A stretch of DNA of 64,000 bases from an uncultured Eubacteriales bacterium (lineage in GTDB: Bacteria > Acidobacteriota > Aminicenantia > Aminicenantales > UBA4085). How positions within the stretch are numbered: position 1 is the stretch's first letter; each line of letters opens with the position of its first letter. This document shows, in pieces, positions 1 through 8,567 of this stretch. The position numbers were made by a program, and so were the translations under genes. A model generated the notes under the pieces. The model saw only the letters and a list, made by a program, of their open reading frames with translations, ran no database searches and was not told where the DNA came from. Location: assembly GCA_964537875.1 (NCBI GenBank), contig CAZIDN010000006.1, positions 30,874-94,873 on the forward strand. Direction: 5' to 3'.

Positions 1-1028
1 GCCACACCACCGACGGCGCTTATCATGAGCAAACCGTGACCTATTCCTGGCCGCTCAACCCGAACGGCGACGCGGCCCTGATCGAATTCCAGCGCTCGAA
101 AATGCTCCCGGCGATAAATAAAATCATGAAGGACAAGTACAGTACGCTCGGCCTCCCCTACGGCGGTTTCCGGGATTCCAGGGCGCCGGAAAAAGGCTGG
201 GAGACTTTCGAACCCCAGCCGCGCTATGTCACGAACTATATTGGGCTGCGGAACCGGCTGGCCATTCTGGACGAAAATTATGTCCATGCGGATTTCAAGA
301 CGCGCGTCCTGAGCAATTATGGCTTCCTCCTGGCCACGCTGGATTACTGCGCCGCCCATGCCGATGAACTGATGAAAATGGCGGCCGACGCCGACCTCAG
401 GACTATCGCCCGAGGTGCGGACCCCAAAGCCGCGGACCTGTTCGGGCTCGAATATGACATCAAAGCCCTGCCCGAACCTGTGACCGTCCTCGGCTATGAA
501 ATGGAAGTGATCGAGAGAGAAGGGGCTCGGTTTCCGCAGATGAAAAGAACGGATAAGAAAAAGACCTATATTGTCCCTTATTTCGCGGATTTTTCTTTTA
601 AGAGATCGGTGCCTTTCCCGGCCGGTTACCTCATTCCCGCGGCTTCGACGGAAGTCATCCAAAAGCTCCTTCAGCACGGCCTGCTCGTGGAAAAGCTGAT
701 CCAGCCCGCAACGCTCGAAGTTGAATCGTTCAAGACCAAGGAAATCAAGGGGGCCGAGCGGCTCTACCAGGGCCATCGCACCAACACGATCAAGGGCGAA
801 TACGCCAAGGAACAGAAGGAATTCCCGGCCGGGACGGTGTTTGTCACGACGGCCCAACCTCTCGCCAATGTCGCCGCATACCTCCTGGAGCCGGAAAGCG
901 ACGACGGGCTGCTCGTCTGGAACTATTTTGACCGGGACCTGGCCGGCCAATTCGGCGGCGGCCCGGCTGGCTTTCCTATCTACAAGTTGTCGAAACCGGC
1001 AATCCTAGTCAAAGAGACCGTCCGGTAA
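1..1028 (+). CDS. M14-family zinc carboxypeptidase-like protein, C-terminal part (5'-truncated by window edge)
   Basis: Reading frame is open from nt 3 to the window start, so the gene continues upstream. The C-terminal region reads like the end of an M14 catalytic domain plus a beta-rich C-terminal domain; a paralogous M14-like region occurs in the 1379-aa protein at 40701-44840. Ends at a strong bidirectional hairpin terminator. Confidence 0.4.
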   Translation, partial: HTTDGAYHEQTVTYSWPLNPNGDAALIEFQRSKMLPAINKIMKDKYSTLGLPYGGFRDSRAPEKGWETFEPQPRYVTNYIGLRNRLAILDENYVHADFKTRVLSNYGFLLATLDYCAAHADELMKMAADADLRTIARGADPKAADLFGLEYDIKALPEPVTVLGYEMEVIEREGARFPQMKRTDKKKTYIVPYFADFSFKRSVPFPAGYLIPAASTEVIQKLLQHGLLVEKLIQPATLEVESFKTKEIKGAERLYQGHRTNTIKGEYAKEQKEFPAGTVFVTTAQPLANVAAYLLEPESDDGLLVWNYFDRDLAGQFGGGPAGFPIYKLSKPAILVKETVR

Positions 1029-1033
1029 AAAAA

Positions 1034-1101
1034 CGGGGTCAAAGCTACTCGTTGCGCAAAAAATTCCTTCGAGAATGTGCGTAACGAGTAGGTTTGACCC
1101 C
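1034..1101. terminator. Bidirectional intrinsic terminator between convergent genes
   Basis: 25-bp stem (cggggtcaaagctactcgttgcgca ... tgcgtaacgagtaggtttgaccccg, 1 mismatch + 1 wobble) with an 18-nt loop, flanked by T-runs on both strands (tttctttttctttttt on +; ttttttt on -). Confidence 0.6.
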
Positions 1102-1105
1102 GGGA

Positions 1106-1930
1106 TTATTTCTTTTTCTTTTTTGCGGCGACGAGGTATTTTCCGCAGTTCTCGCAGACGTAGATATCGTTGCTGCCCTCAATCGCCGAGCTCATCTGGG
1201 TCGAGACATTGATGTTACAGCCCTGGCAGGCGCCGTCGTCCACTTCAGCCACGGCAAAGCCGTATCGCTCCATGAGCTTGTCGAACCGGGCCAGCAGGGC
1301 CTGGTCAAGCTCTTCCCGGATGTAGCTGCCCTGCGCCTGGAGCGTCTTGAGCTGGGCTTTCGGCGCTTTTCTTTTTTTCATCTCGATTTCCTGGAGTTTC
1401 TTGAGCAGGCTGGCCCGGCTGACGATTTTATCTTCTTGAGGGAGCCTCAGCTCGATTTCGGAAAGGACGTTGTAAAGGTCGTTCTTGTCCTTGGCTTGAA
1501 AGGCCCTTTGCCGGAATTCCGGTTTCCGCAAGAATTGGGCCAGCCCGGCGAAGAGGTGGTTGAAGAGTCCGGGAAGGGTCGGGTTCCAGACGATCAAGAT
1601 GATCAGTTGGACTTTTTTCTTATCGGCGGCATCAAAATCAATCCCTTTTTCGGACCTCCCAACGGCGACGGCGATCTCCCCGCCCGTATTCACGCGGGCA
1701 TGAGGAACGGCAACGCCTTCGCCGAGAGCCGTCGAATCCAGGCTTTCGCGGTCGATGAGCCGGGTCAGGATGAGCTTTTTGTTCCGGATCAGCTTTTGCT
1801 TGGCCAGGATATCCAGGAGCTCTTCGATGGCCTGGACCTTGTCCTTAGCTTCGAGATCATAAACGATTTGGGAGGGTTTCAGATAATCGGAAAAGTAGGT
1901 AATCCCTAAAATATCCTTCTTTTCCATCAA
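1106..1930 (-). CDS. PTS EIIA(Ntr)-type domain fused to a C-terminal coiled-coil + C4 zinc-ribbon domain
   Basis: N-terminal half has the PTS_EIIA_2 signature with phospho-His context (LGEGVAVPHARV). C-terminal half is a lysine-rich coiled coil followed by CQGC...(17)...CENCGKY, a zinc ribbon as in COG1579-like proteins. 274 aa. Confidence 0.6.
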   Translation of the reverse strand: MMEKKDILGITYFSDYLKPSQIVYDLEAKDKVQAIEELLDILAKQKLIRNKKLILTRLIDRESLDSTALGEGVAVPHARVNTGGEIAVAVGRSEKGIDFDAADKKKVQLIILIVWNPTLPGLFNHLFAGLAQFLRKPEFRQRAFQAKDKNDLYNVLSEIELRLPQEDKIVSRASLLKKLQEIEMKKRKAPKAQLKTLQAQGSYIREELDQALLARFDKLMERYGFAVAEVDDGACQGCNINVSTQMSSAIEGSNDIYVCENCGKYLVAAKKKKK

Positions 1931-2032
1931 GTTGACTTATTCTACCATAAATTTCAAAGAAAACAAAACCCTAGGTGGACGGTACGAGTGCCGTTCCTGA
2001 ACTGCCCCCTGTTTTCTGTCGAGGAGCGCGGC

Positions 2033-2097
2033 GACGTGGCAATCTCATGCCCTTCGCGAAACGAGAGGGGATTCCTCGCTCCGTTCGGAATGTCATA
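2033..2097. repeat. Copy 1 of a ~65-bp intergenic repeat (second copy at 53049-53108)
   Basis: gtggcaatctcatgcccttcgcgaaacgagaggggattcctcgctccgttcggaatgtc versus gtggccatctcatgcctatcgcaccgagaaggggagattcctcgctttgctcggaatgac; contains an ATTCC/GGAAT hairpin. Both copies lie 5' of minus-strand gene starts. Confidence 0.5.
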
Positions 2098-2173
2098 CAA
2101 GATTACCACCTTTTAAAGGAGCTGGTCGGAGCGAAAGAAAACACCCAGGTTGCCTATCCGCTCGGGGATATAC

Positions 2174-3130
2174 TTAAAACCCAGGTTCGGTGCGGTCCGC
2201 CCCCTGTTCAGGAAGGGATGGCAGGAGGGCGAAATCTCGCGCCAGATCATACGTTTGGGCGACCCCGGCCAGGCTGGCCGCTTGCGAGGCCAGACGAATG
2301 CCGAACGACGCGGCCTCGGAAATCGAGGCTCCTTTGGCCAGCCTGTGCATCGTTCCCGCGCAAAAAACGTCTCCGCAGCCCGTCGTATCAACAACCGTCT
2401 TGGCTCGGGGAGCACGCATTTTTCGAGATCCGGCCGGGGTAGAAACCAAGACCCCTTCCTTTCCCATGGTCACAAAAACGGCCTGGACGCCGATCTTAAA
2501 AGCATCTTTCACGAACGCTTCGATCTCACCCTCTTCAGGCCATCGCTGAGGATGTCCCAGCATGCAGGCTACTTCTTGACGGTTAGCCTGGAGGTAGGCA
2601 GCGCCCTTGACCCATTCTCTCCAATCGGCCAGGGAAATATATTCTCTATGCTTATGGAGATGTTTGGCCAAGGCGAGCGAATGGACATCCAGCCAAATGG
2701 GACAGTCTGCGGAGTCGGCGATCTTCCGCCAGTCGCCGAGCGCGATGTCAAAACCCGAGTTGAACACCATCAGGAGCATCTCGATTTGGGCTAGATCGCC
2801 AAGGGCTTTGGCCGGGTCGAGGGACGGGACAGCGGATTCCAGGACCTCTTCGCGTTCTTTGAGATGTTCCGAGTAGCGGAGGAAGACCTTGTTGCCAGGC
2901 CCCGGGACAAACTCCAGGCCGTTCGTGTAGAGGGTCGTCCATGTCCCGATAAGCGGCTGCACCTCGGGCTTCAGCCCCCGGCTGCAGTTCGAGTAAAGGA
3001 AGACTTCCTCGGCCAAGCCGCAGAGTGTGGCCGCCTGATAGAGAATGCCGCCGAGTCCTTTAAGGAGGCGGCCGTCGTCATGGGTGATGATATCGGAAGT
3101 GATGGTGCCGATCAGCCCAAATGTGCTCAT
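2174..3130 (-). CDS. PfkB-family carbohydrate/nucleoside kinase (ribokinase-like)
   Basis: 318 aa; C-terminal PfkB signature DTTGCGDVFCAG and the ribokinase fold pattern. Confidence 0.7.
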   Translation of the reverse strand: MSTFGLIGTITSDIITHDDGRLLKGLGGILYQAATLCGLAEEVFLYSNCSRGLKPEVQPLIGTWTTLYTNGLEFVPGPGNKVFLRYSEHLKEREEVLESAVPSLDPAKALGDLAQIEMLLMVFNSGFDIALGDWRKIADSADCPIWLDVHSLALAKHLHKHREYISLADWREWVKGAAYLQANRQEVACMLGHPQRWPEEGEIEAFVKDAFKIGVQAVFVTMGKEGVLVSTPAGSRKMRAPRAKTVVDTTGCGDVFCAGTMHRLAKGASISEAASFGIRLASQAASLAGVAQTYDLARDFALLPSLPEQGADRTEPGF

Positions 3131-3306
3131 GCCCGCCAGGTCTCATGGTATGCAAGATCGCCGAAAATTTCAAGGAATCCGGCTAAAAGACTGATAATAA
3201 TCTTCTTTTTAGCCGTCTATTTTATTGACCCGAGCTTCAATTCATAAGGCGAACCATTTTGGAAGGATGTTACTTGACAATGAGTCAAGTATAATTTAAA
3301 ATAAGC

Positions 3307-3669
3307 ATGTCGGAAGAAGAATTCATTGAGACTTCTTTCTTGATTCCAATCCATGAGGACAAGGAAATCGGAAATGGCAAACTTCATCCCTCTGACCGCT
3401 GGACGTTTTTTCAAAGAAAGCTTTATATTACGTTCGAGAGATGGACACTTGCGCCGGGTGTATATCAAGGTTGTTACAAAGAGCCTGATACAGATCAGGA
3501 AATCGCCGATTTTTCCTATAAATACATTCTTGCAGTGGCCAAAAAAGATTTGGATAAACTCAAAGAGCTCCTTAGGACCGAATGTGCTGTTTTCAGACAA
3601 AAATTCATTTATTTTGAAGCTGCCGGAAAAGTCGATCTTTTAGAGGTGTGTTATGCAAAGAATTTATGA
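3307..3669 (+). CDS. Hypothetical protein (120 aa), no recognisable domain
   Basis: ORF in the AT-rich islet; its 3' end overlaps the next ORF's start by 17 nt (translational coupling). Confidence 0.4.
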   Translation: MSEEEFIETSFLIPIHEDKEIGNGKLHPSDRWTFFQRKLYITFERWTLAPGVYQGCYKEPDTDQEIADFSYKYILAVAKKDLDKLKELLRTECAVFRQKFIYFEAAGKVDLLEVCYAKNL

Positions 3670-4111
3670 AACTTTAGAAAACGGAAAATATGATCTCAAA
3701 GCCCTTCCCGCGAAAGAGCAGGGATTCCTAAAAAGAGTGTTCGATTATTATCATCAAAAACCAGATAGGAGTTTATTTTCAAATTATTGGCTTAGGGAAG
3801 GGCAGAAAATATGGGCCGGGACTCCGCGAAAAGAAGTCGTCGATCTTCCTATTTTCAATATTTGTCTCGATCTAGAGATGCGCTTGGGCATCGGACAAGG
3901 CTATATGAGACTGCCGGATTATCGAGATAAGCTCCAAGGAATAATCGATGATAAATTTCAATCGAGATACCAATTTTGTAAAAAAACAGGCATCTCCCAG
4001 GATACGTTATCGAGAATTCTCAATAAGCGCCGGGAGCCGTCTTTGCGCCTTTTAAAAACCATTCTTGATGCGTTAGGCTACGAAATAAGCTTTCAGAAAA
4101 AGCAAACTTAG
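3653..4111 (+). CDS. Hypothetical protein with C-terminal XRE-type helix-turn-helix (152 aa)
   Basis: C-terminal segment FCKKTGISQDTLSRILNKRREPSLRLLKTILDALGY matches the XRE/Cro HTH pattern; N-terminal 100 aa are unassignable. Confidence 0.5.
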   Translation: MQRIYETLENGKYDLKALPAKEQGFLKRVFDYYHQKPDRSLFSNYWLREGQKIWAGTPRKEVVDLPIFNICLDLEMRLGIGQGYMRLPDYRDKLQGIIDDKFQSRYQFCKKTGISQDTLSRILNKRREPSLRLLKTILDALGYEISFQKKQT

Positions 4112-4243
4112 GATATCTGCCGGCGCTCCTTCGATAAGCCATTGAAAATCCGTCAGTTTTGGGCTAAATTAATGATGGCAAAAGTAAAATATGGATAGGG
4201 AATTGGTCCGTGGCAAAATTAAATTTATAAAATTCCAAAGGCC

Positions 4244-4957
4244 ATGACCATACACCTAGGGACGTCGGGATGGAGCTATCCGGGATGGAGCAGCCTCTTC
4301 TACCCCGAAGATCTCTCATCCAAAGACTGGCTGGATTTCTATTCCCGACATTTCGCCACGGTCGAGATCAACATGACGTTCTACCGGTTTCCTAAGCCCG
4401 AGACCTTGAGAGGCTGGATGGACAAGACGCCACCCCATTTCGTATTCACCCTCAAAGCCAACCGCCAGATCACGCATCTAAAAAAAATCAAGGATGTCTA
4501 CCACGAAGTCCGGTATTTTTACATTTTGGCTAATTCCTTGAAGGAAAAGCTGGGATGCATTCTTTTTCAGCTCCCGCCTTCGATTCGCTTCGACCTTCCC
4601 CTTCTCGAAGGATTTCTTGCGACGCTGTCTCCGGAATACAAGAATGTCATCGAGTTCCGGCACGAGAGCTGGTATCAGGACAAAGTCTACGAACTGCTTC
4701 GGTCCCATAAGGTCACGTTTTGCGTTGTCTCTTCGGCCAAAGTACCCCGGACTGTTGTCGAAACAGCGGATACGGCTTATTTTCGCTTCCACGGGCTGAC
4801 AGGGGAACACAGGCATAATTACTCCGACGACGAGCTCAAAGAGTGGGCGGAAGCGATCAAAACGGTCCAGGCGAAGGAATGCTTTATTTATTTCAATAAT
4901 GATTACCGCGCTTATGCGGTTGAGAACGCCAAAGTGCTGGAAAATTTGCTTCGCTGA
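4244..4957 (+). CDS. DUF72 (YecE-like) family protein
   Basis: Begins IHLGTSGWSYPGWSSLFYP, typical of the DUF72 N-terminus; 237 aa. Confidence 0.75.
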   Translation: MTIHLGTSGWSYPGWSSLFYPEDLSSKDWLDFYSRHFATVEINMTFYRFPKPETLRGWMDKTPPHFVFTLKANRQITHLKKIKDVYHEVRYFYILANSLKEKLGCILFQLPPSIRFDLPLLEGFLATLSPEYKNVIEFRHESWYQDKVYELLRSHKVTFCVVSSAKVPRTVVETADTAYFRFHGLTGEHRHNYSDDELKEWAEAIKTVQAKECFIYFNNDYRAYAVENAKVLENLLR

Positions 4958-5001
4958 CCAGCAGAACTAATACAAACGCAATAAATAAAGTGACAATGTA
5001 T

Positions 5002-5294
5002 GGGCGGCGCTTAGGCCGTCCTCAAGCCCCCGTAGCGGAGGGGGGCCCCGGACACTCTTGGAGGAGGACCCTTTCACAGGGTCCCCCTCCAACGGGCGGC
5101 GGGAATACCCGCCCGCCCTGCCACCCCTCCAAGGAGCATCCTCCCATGAATTCATCGCCAGATGCTCCTTGGAAAGGAGGCAGAGAGCGAAGCGATCGTT
5201 GGAGGGAAACCCTGAATAAGGGTTTCCCTCCAAGAGTATCCGACGGGACTGGTTCCCCGGGGCCCGGGGGCTGCGGGCGGCCTAAGCGCCGCCC
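5002..5294. repeat. Copy A of a ~290-bp highly self-complementary intergenic element (family of 5 loci)
   Basis: 17-bp terminal inverted repeat gggcggcgcttaggccg / cggcctaagcgccgccc. The interior is a chain of nested hairpins (ggagggaaaccc-loop-gggtttccctcc; ggagcatc...gatgctcc around GAATTC). It is the reverse-complement homologue of 13619-13902 with loop-only differences. The six-frame ORFs inside it are spurious. Confidence 0.8.
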
Positions 5295-5365
5295 GAACGG
5301 GGATGTCATTTTAATTATTACGTTGATATTAGTCCGAACATTCTAGACAACTTCGGAGGTTAACC

Positions 5366-6664
5366 ATGAGTTGGGTCGATGATTACAAAAAAAAGCTGGG
5401 GACGGCCGAGGAGGCCGTGTCCGTCATTAAAAGCGGTGAGCGCGTCTATATCAGCGGCAATGCCGCCACACCCTACGTCCTGATGAAGGCGCTGGCCAAG
5501 AGAAAGGATGAGCTCCAGGACGTCGAGCTGACCCATGTCCTGCTTCTGGGCGACGATCCGCTCTCCAAGCCCGACATGGAAGGGCATTTTCGCCACAACT
5601 CCCTGTTCGTCGGGCCCGCCGACCGTAAGGCCATCAATGAAGGCCGCGCCGACTATGTGCCGATCTTCCTCCATCAGATTCCCGGCCTGTTCAAAAAGGG
5701 GTTGTTGCCGCTCGACGTAGCCCTCCTCCACCTTTCCCCGCCGGATGAGCACGGCTTCATGAGCCTGGGCGTCGAGGTGCTAGCCTCCAAGGCTGCCGCG
5801 GAAACGGCGAAGCTCGTCATCGCCCAAATCAACGATCGGATGCCGCGGGTCCTCGGCGATTCTTTCATCCATGTCTCCCGCGTGAACAAGATCGTCGAAA
5901 TCTCCGAGCCGCTGCCGCAGCTCGAGCAAAGCCCGTCCACAGAAGTGGAGATGAAGATCGGCAAGTACATCGCCGACCTGATCGACGATGGAAGCACCCT
6001 CCAGCTCGGCATCGGAGGCATTCCGGACGCCGTGCTGGCGTCCTTGGGCAACCGCCGCGATCTGGGCATCCACACCGAAATGCTTTCGGATGGCGTCATG
6101 GAGGCCATCGAACGAGGCACCATCACCGGAGTCAAAAAGACATTCCATCCCAATAAAGTCGTCATCACGTTCGCGCTCGGAAGCGCCCGCCTCTATGAGT
6201 TCATCGACAACAATCCGATCATTGAAGCCCACCCGACGGACTATGTCAACCATCCCTTCCTAGTCGCCCAGAACGACAACATGATCGCCATCAACTCGGC
6301 CATCGAGGTGGACATCACCGGCCAGGTCTGCTCGGATTCGATCGGCACCTATATCTACAGCGGATTCGGCGGCCAGGTCGACTTCATCCGCGGCGCCGCC
6401 CATTCCAAAGGCGGGAAACCCATCATCGCCATGCCCTCGACCGCCAAAGACGGCGGGATTACGAGGATCGTCCCGTTCTTGAAGCAGGGGGCGGGCGTCG
6501 TGACGACTCGGGGCGATGTCCATTATATCGTCACCGAATACGGCGTGGCCTATCTCCATGGCAAAAACCTCCAGGAACGGACCAAGGCCCTGATCAACAT
6601 CGCCCATCCGAAATTCCGGGCCGACCTGATCTGGGAAGCCAAGAACCGCAACCTGATCAAGTAA
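5366..6664 (+). CDS. Acetyl-CoA hydrolase/transferase family protein (4-hydroxybutyrate CoA-transferase-like)
   Basis: 432 aa; family-typical length and conserved blocks (GIGGIPDAV, EMLSDG, ...GFGGQVDF). Confidence 0.75.
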   Translation: MSWVDDYKKKLGTAEEAVSVIKSGERVYISGNAATPYVLMKALAKRKDELQDVELTHVLLLGDDPLSKPDMEGHFRHNSLFVGPADRKAINEGRADYVPIFLHQIPGLFKKGLLPLDVALLHLSPPDEHGFMSLGVEVLASKAAAETAKLVIAQINDRMPRVLGDSFIHVSRVNKIVEISEPLPQLEQSPSTEVEMKIGKYIADLIDDGSTLQLGIGGIPDAVLASLGNRRDLGIHTEMLSDGVMEAIERGTITGVKKTFHPNKVVITFALGSARLYEFIDNNPIIEAHPTDYVNHPFLVAQNDNMIAINSAIEVDITGQVCSDSIGTYIYSGFGGQVDFIRGAAHSKGGKPIIAMPSTAKDGGITRIVPFLKQGAGVVTTRGDVHYIVTEYGVAYLHGKNLQERTKALINIAHPKFRADLIWEAKNRNLIK

Positions 6665-6696
6665 AATCGCCTGGGAGACGATCCGGAAACGGCCTC

Positions 6697-6730
6697 GCTC
6701 CCCATCCGGGTTTTTCACGCCGTTCCCGAG
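6697..6730 (+). terminator. Weak hairpin + T-run after the CoA-transferase gene
   Basis: ccgga-N17-tccgg followed by gttttt; the stem is only 5 bp. Confidence 0.2.
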
Positions 6731-7044
6731 CCCTCCTTCTCGGCGGCGAAGAACTCGCTTCCCGGCATCGATTTTACGGATGTCCGCCGGGAAGCTCAGA
6801 CAACTTCGCCGGCCGGCTTCTTCCGAGCCGGCTGTCCTCTAAGGAGGACTCGGGAAGGCTAAACCCTCTATGGTCGCTTCATCCGTCTCCGGATCGTCTC
6901 CCTTCTCAACCCAAACAAAATGGAAGAAAACCTATTGATATATTCGTTCCGGCGAGGCGTTCAGCGACAGCTGGTTTTTTGCATTTTATAGAAGATTGAG
7001 GTAGACTTTTGGCCTTAATAAAATCACGGGAAGGTTAGTGAGTC

Positions 7045-7893
7045 ATGCATGAGATCGTTGCGAAAAAGGAATTGGCGCGGAAGATCAAATTGATCGAGGT
7101 TTCGGCGCCGGCCGTAGCCGAGAAAGCTCAGGCGGGGCAGTTTGTGATCCTGAGGGTGGATGACAAGGCCGAGCGGATTCCTCTGACCCTGGCCGACTGG
7201 AACAGGCAGAAAGGGACGCTGACCCTGATTTTCCAAGAGGTGGGAGCTTCGACCGAAAAGATGGGCCTGCTCAAGGTCGGCGATGGGGTGGCAGACGTGT
7301 GCGGGCCTTTGGGGAATCCCAGTGAAGTCATGAAATATGGGAATGTCTGCGTGGCGGGAGGCGGCGTGGGCGCGGCGCCTGCCCTTCCGATCATCAAGGC
7401 CATGAAGCAGGCGGGGAACAGGGTCGTGGCGATCATAGCGGCCAAGGCGGCCGATATGCTGATTCTCGAGGAGGAGACGAGCCGGGCCGCCGATGAGCTC
7501 TATATATCCACGGACGACGGTTCGAAGGGCCAGAAGTGCTTCGCCTGCGACATGGTCAAGATCCTGGCGGATCAGGGACATCATTTCGATATCATCTATG
7601 CCATCGGCCCGACCATCATGATGCGAACGGTGGCCGATGTGACAAAGCCCTTGAACATCAAGACGATCGTGAGCCTGAATCCGATCATGGTCGACGGCAT
7701 GGGCATGTGCGGGGCCTGCCGGGTGAATGTGGGAGGGAAGACCAAATTTGCCTGCGTGGACGGCCCGGAGTTCGATGCCCATCAAGTCGATTTCCATGAA
7801 CTCCAGGAGCGCCAGGCCGCTTTTCTCAAAGAGGAGAAGCTGGCCGTCGAACACTGGCAGGCGCAGATGTGCGGGCGCCATGAGCAAAGCTGA
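7045..7893 (+). CDS. PyrK/NfnA-like FAD/NAD(P)-binding oxidoreductase subunit with C-terminal 2Fe-2S site
   Basis: FAD-binding RxxT-type motif (ERIPLTLAD), NAD-binding G-rich loop (VAGGGVGAAP) and C-terminal cysteine cluster CGACRVNVGGKTKFAC, as in dihydroorotate dehydrogenase electron-transfer subunit / sulfide dehydrogenase small subunits. No partner subunit is adjacent. Confidence 0.6.
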   Translation: MHEIVAKKELARKIKLIEVSAPAVAEKAQAGQFVILRVDDKAERIPLTLADWNRQKGTLTLIFQEVGASTEKMGLLKVGDGVADVCGPLGNPSEVMKYGNVCVAGGGVGAAPALPIIKAMKQAGNRVVAIIAAKAADMLILEEETSRAADELYISTDDGSKGQKCFACDMVKILADQGHHFDIIYAIGPTIMMRTVADVTKPLNIKTIVSLNPIMVDGMGMCGACRVNVGGKTKFACVDGPEFDAHQVDFHELQERQAAFLKEEKLAVEHWQAQMCGRHEQS

Positions 7894-7901
7894 CCATCGG
7901 C

Positions 7902-8564
7902 ATGCAGCAGTCTGAGCTTTTTCCGCCCATCAAGGGCCATATCGGGACGGATGAATCCGGCAAGGGGGATTATTTCGGGCCTCTCGTGATCGCCGGGGTT
8001 TTCCTGGAGGACTCCCAGCAGGGCGTTCTCAAAGAACTAGGGGTCAAGGACAGCAAGAGCCTTTCCGACAACAGGGCCCGGGACCTTGCGGAGATCATCA
8101 AAAAAGGCTACCCGCATTCCGTGGTTAGCATCGGGCCGGAAAAATACAATGAGCTCTACGAAAAGCTTAGGAATCTGAACCGGATCCTGGCCTGGGGCCA
8201 TGCCAGGGTCATCGAAAATATCCTGGCCGAAGTTCCCTCCTCCCAGGCTATCACCGACCAATTCGGCGACCGCCTCTTCGTCATCAGCGCCCTGATGAAG
8301 AAGGGCCGACGGATCGAGCTCATCCAAAGGCCGAAAGCCGAAGAAGACCTGGCCGTGGCGGCGGCCTCGATCCTGGCCCGGGCGGAGTTCCTCAAGCGGC
8401 TGTATTTTTTGTCGCAAGACTGGGGGCTCGTCCTGCCCAAGGGGTCTTCGCCGCCGGCTGAGGAGGTCGGGCTGAAACTGGTCAAGCTCCATGGGATCGA
8501 GGCCTTGGCCAAGGTCGCCAAGACCCACTTCAAGCTGACGGAAAGAATCCAAAAGCTGGTTTAA
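7902..8564 (+). CDS. rnhB: Ribonuclease HII
   Basis: GTDESGKGDYFGPLVIAGV catalytic-site motif; 220 aa. Confidence 0.8.
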   Translation: MQQSELFPPIKGHIGTDESGKGDYFGPLVIAGVFLEDSQQGVLKELGVKDSKSLSDNRARDLAEIIKKGYPHSVVSIGPEKYNELYEKLRNLNRILAWGHARVIENILAEVPSSQAITDQFGDRLFVISALMKKGRRIELIQRPKAEEDLAVAAASILARAEFLKRLYFLSQDWGLVLPKGSSPPAEEVGLKLVKLHGIEALAKVAKTHFKLTERIQKLV

Positions 8565-8567
8565 GCG

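Larger units (their letters stand above)
3131..4243. other. AT-rich islet (about 40% GC versus about 62% flanking) carrying two overlapping small genes
   Basis: Sharp compositional drop between the pfkB start and the DUF72 gene start. Contains TTGACA...TATAAT-like hexamers (3276-3297, but only a 10-nt spacer). Confidence 0.6.

Noticed and set aside
1975-2794. Several 100-214-aa ORFs overlapping pfkB
   Set aside because: Overlap a gene with clear PfkB motifs; one of them is seeded by the 65-bp repeat.
3276-3297. TTGACA...TATAAT hexamers in the AT-rich islet
   Set aside because: Both hexamers are perfect, but the spacer is only 10 nt, so this is unlikely to be a functional sigma-70 promoter as such.
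4967-5346. Three overlapping 88-118-aa ORFs (and the analogous set at 13539-14113)
   Set aside because: They lie entirely within the palindromic repeat elements; their mirrored G/P/R-rich translations on both strands are a consequence of self-complementarity.
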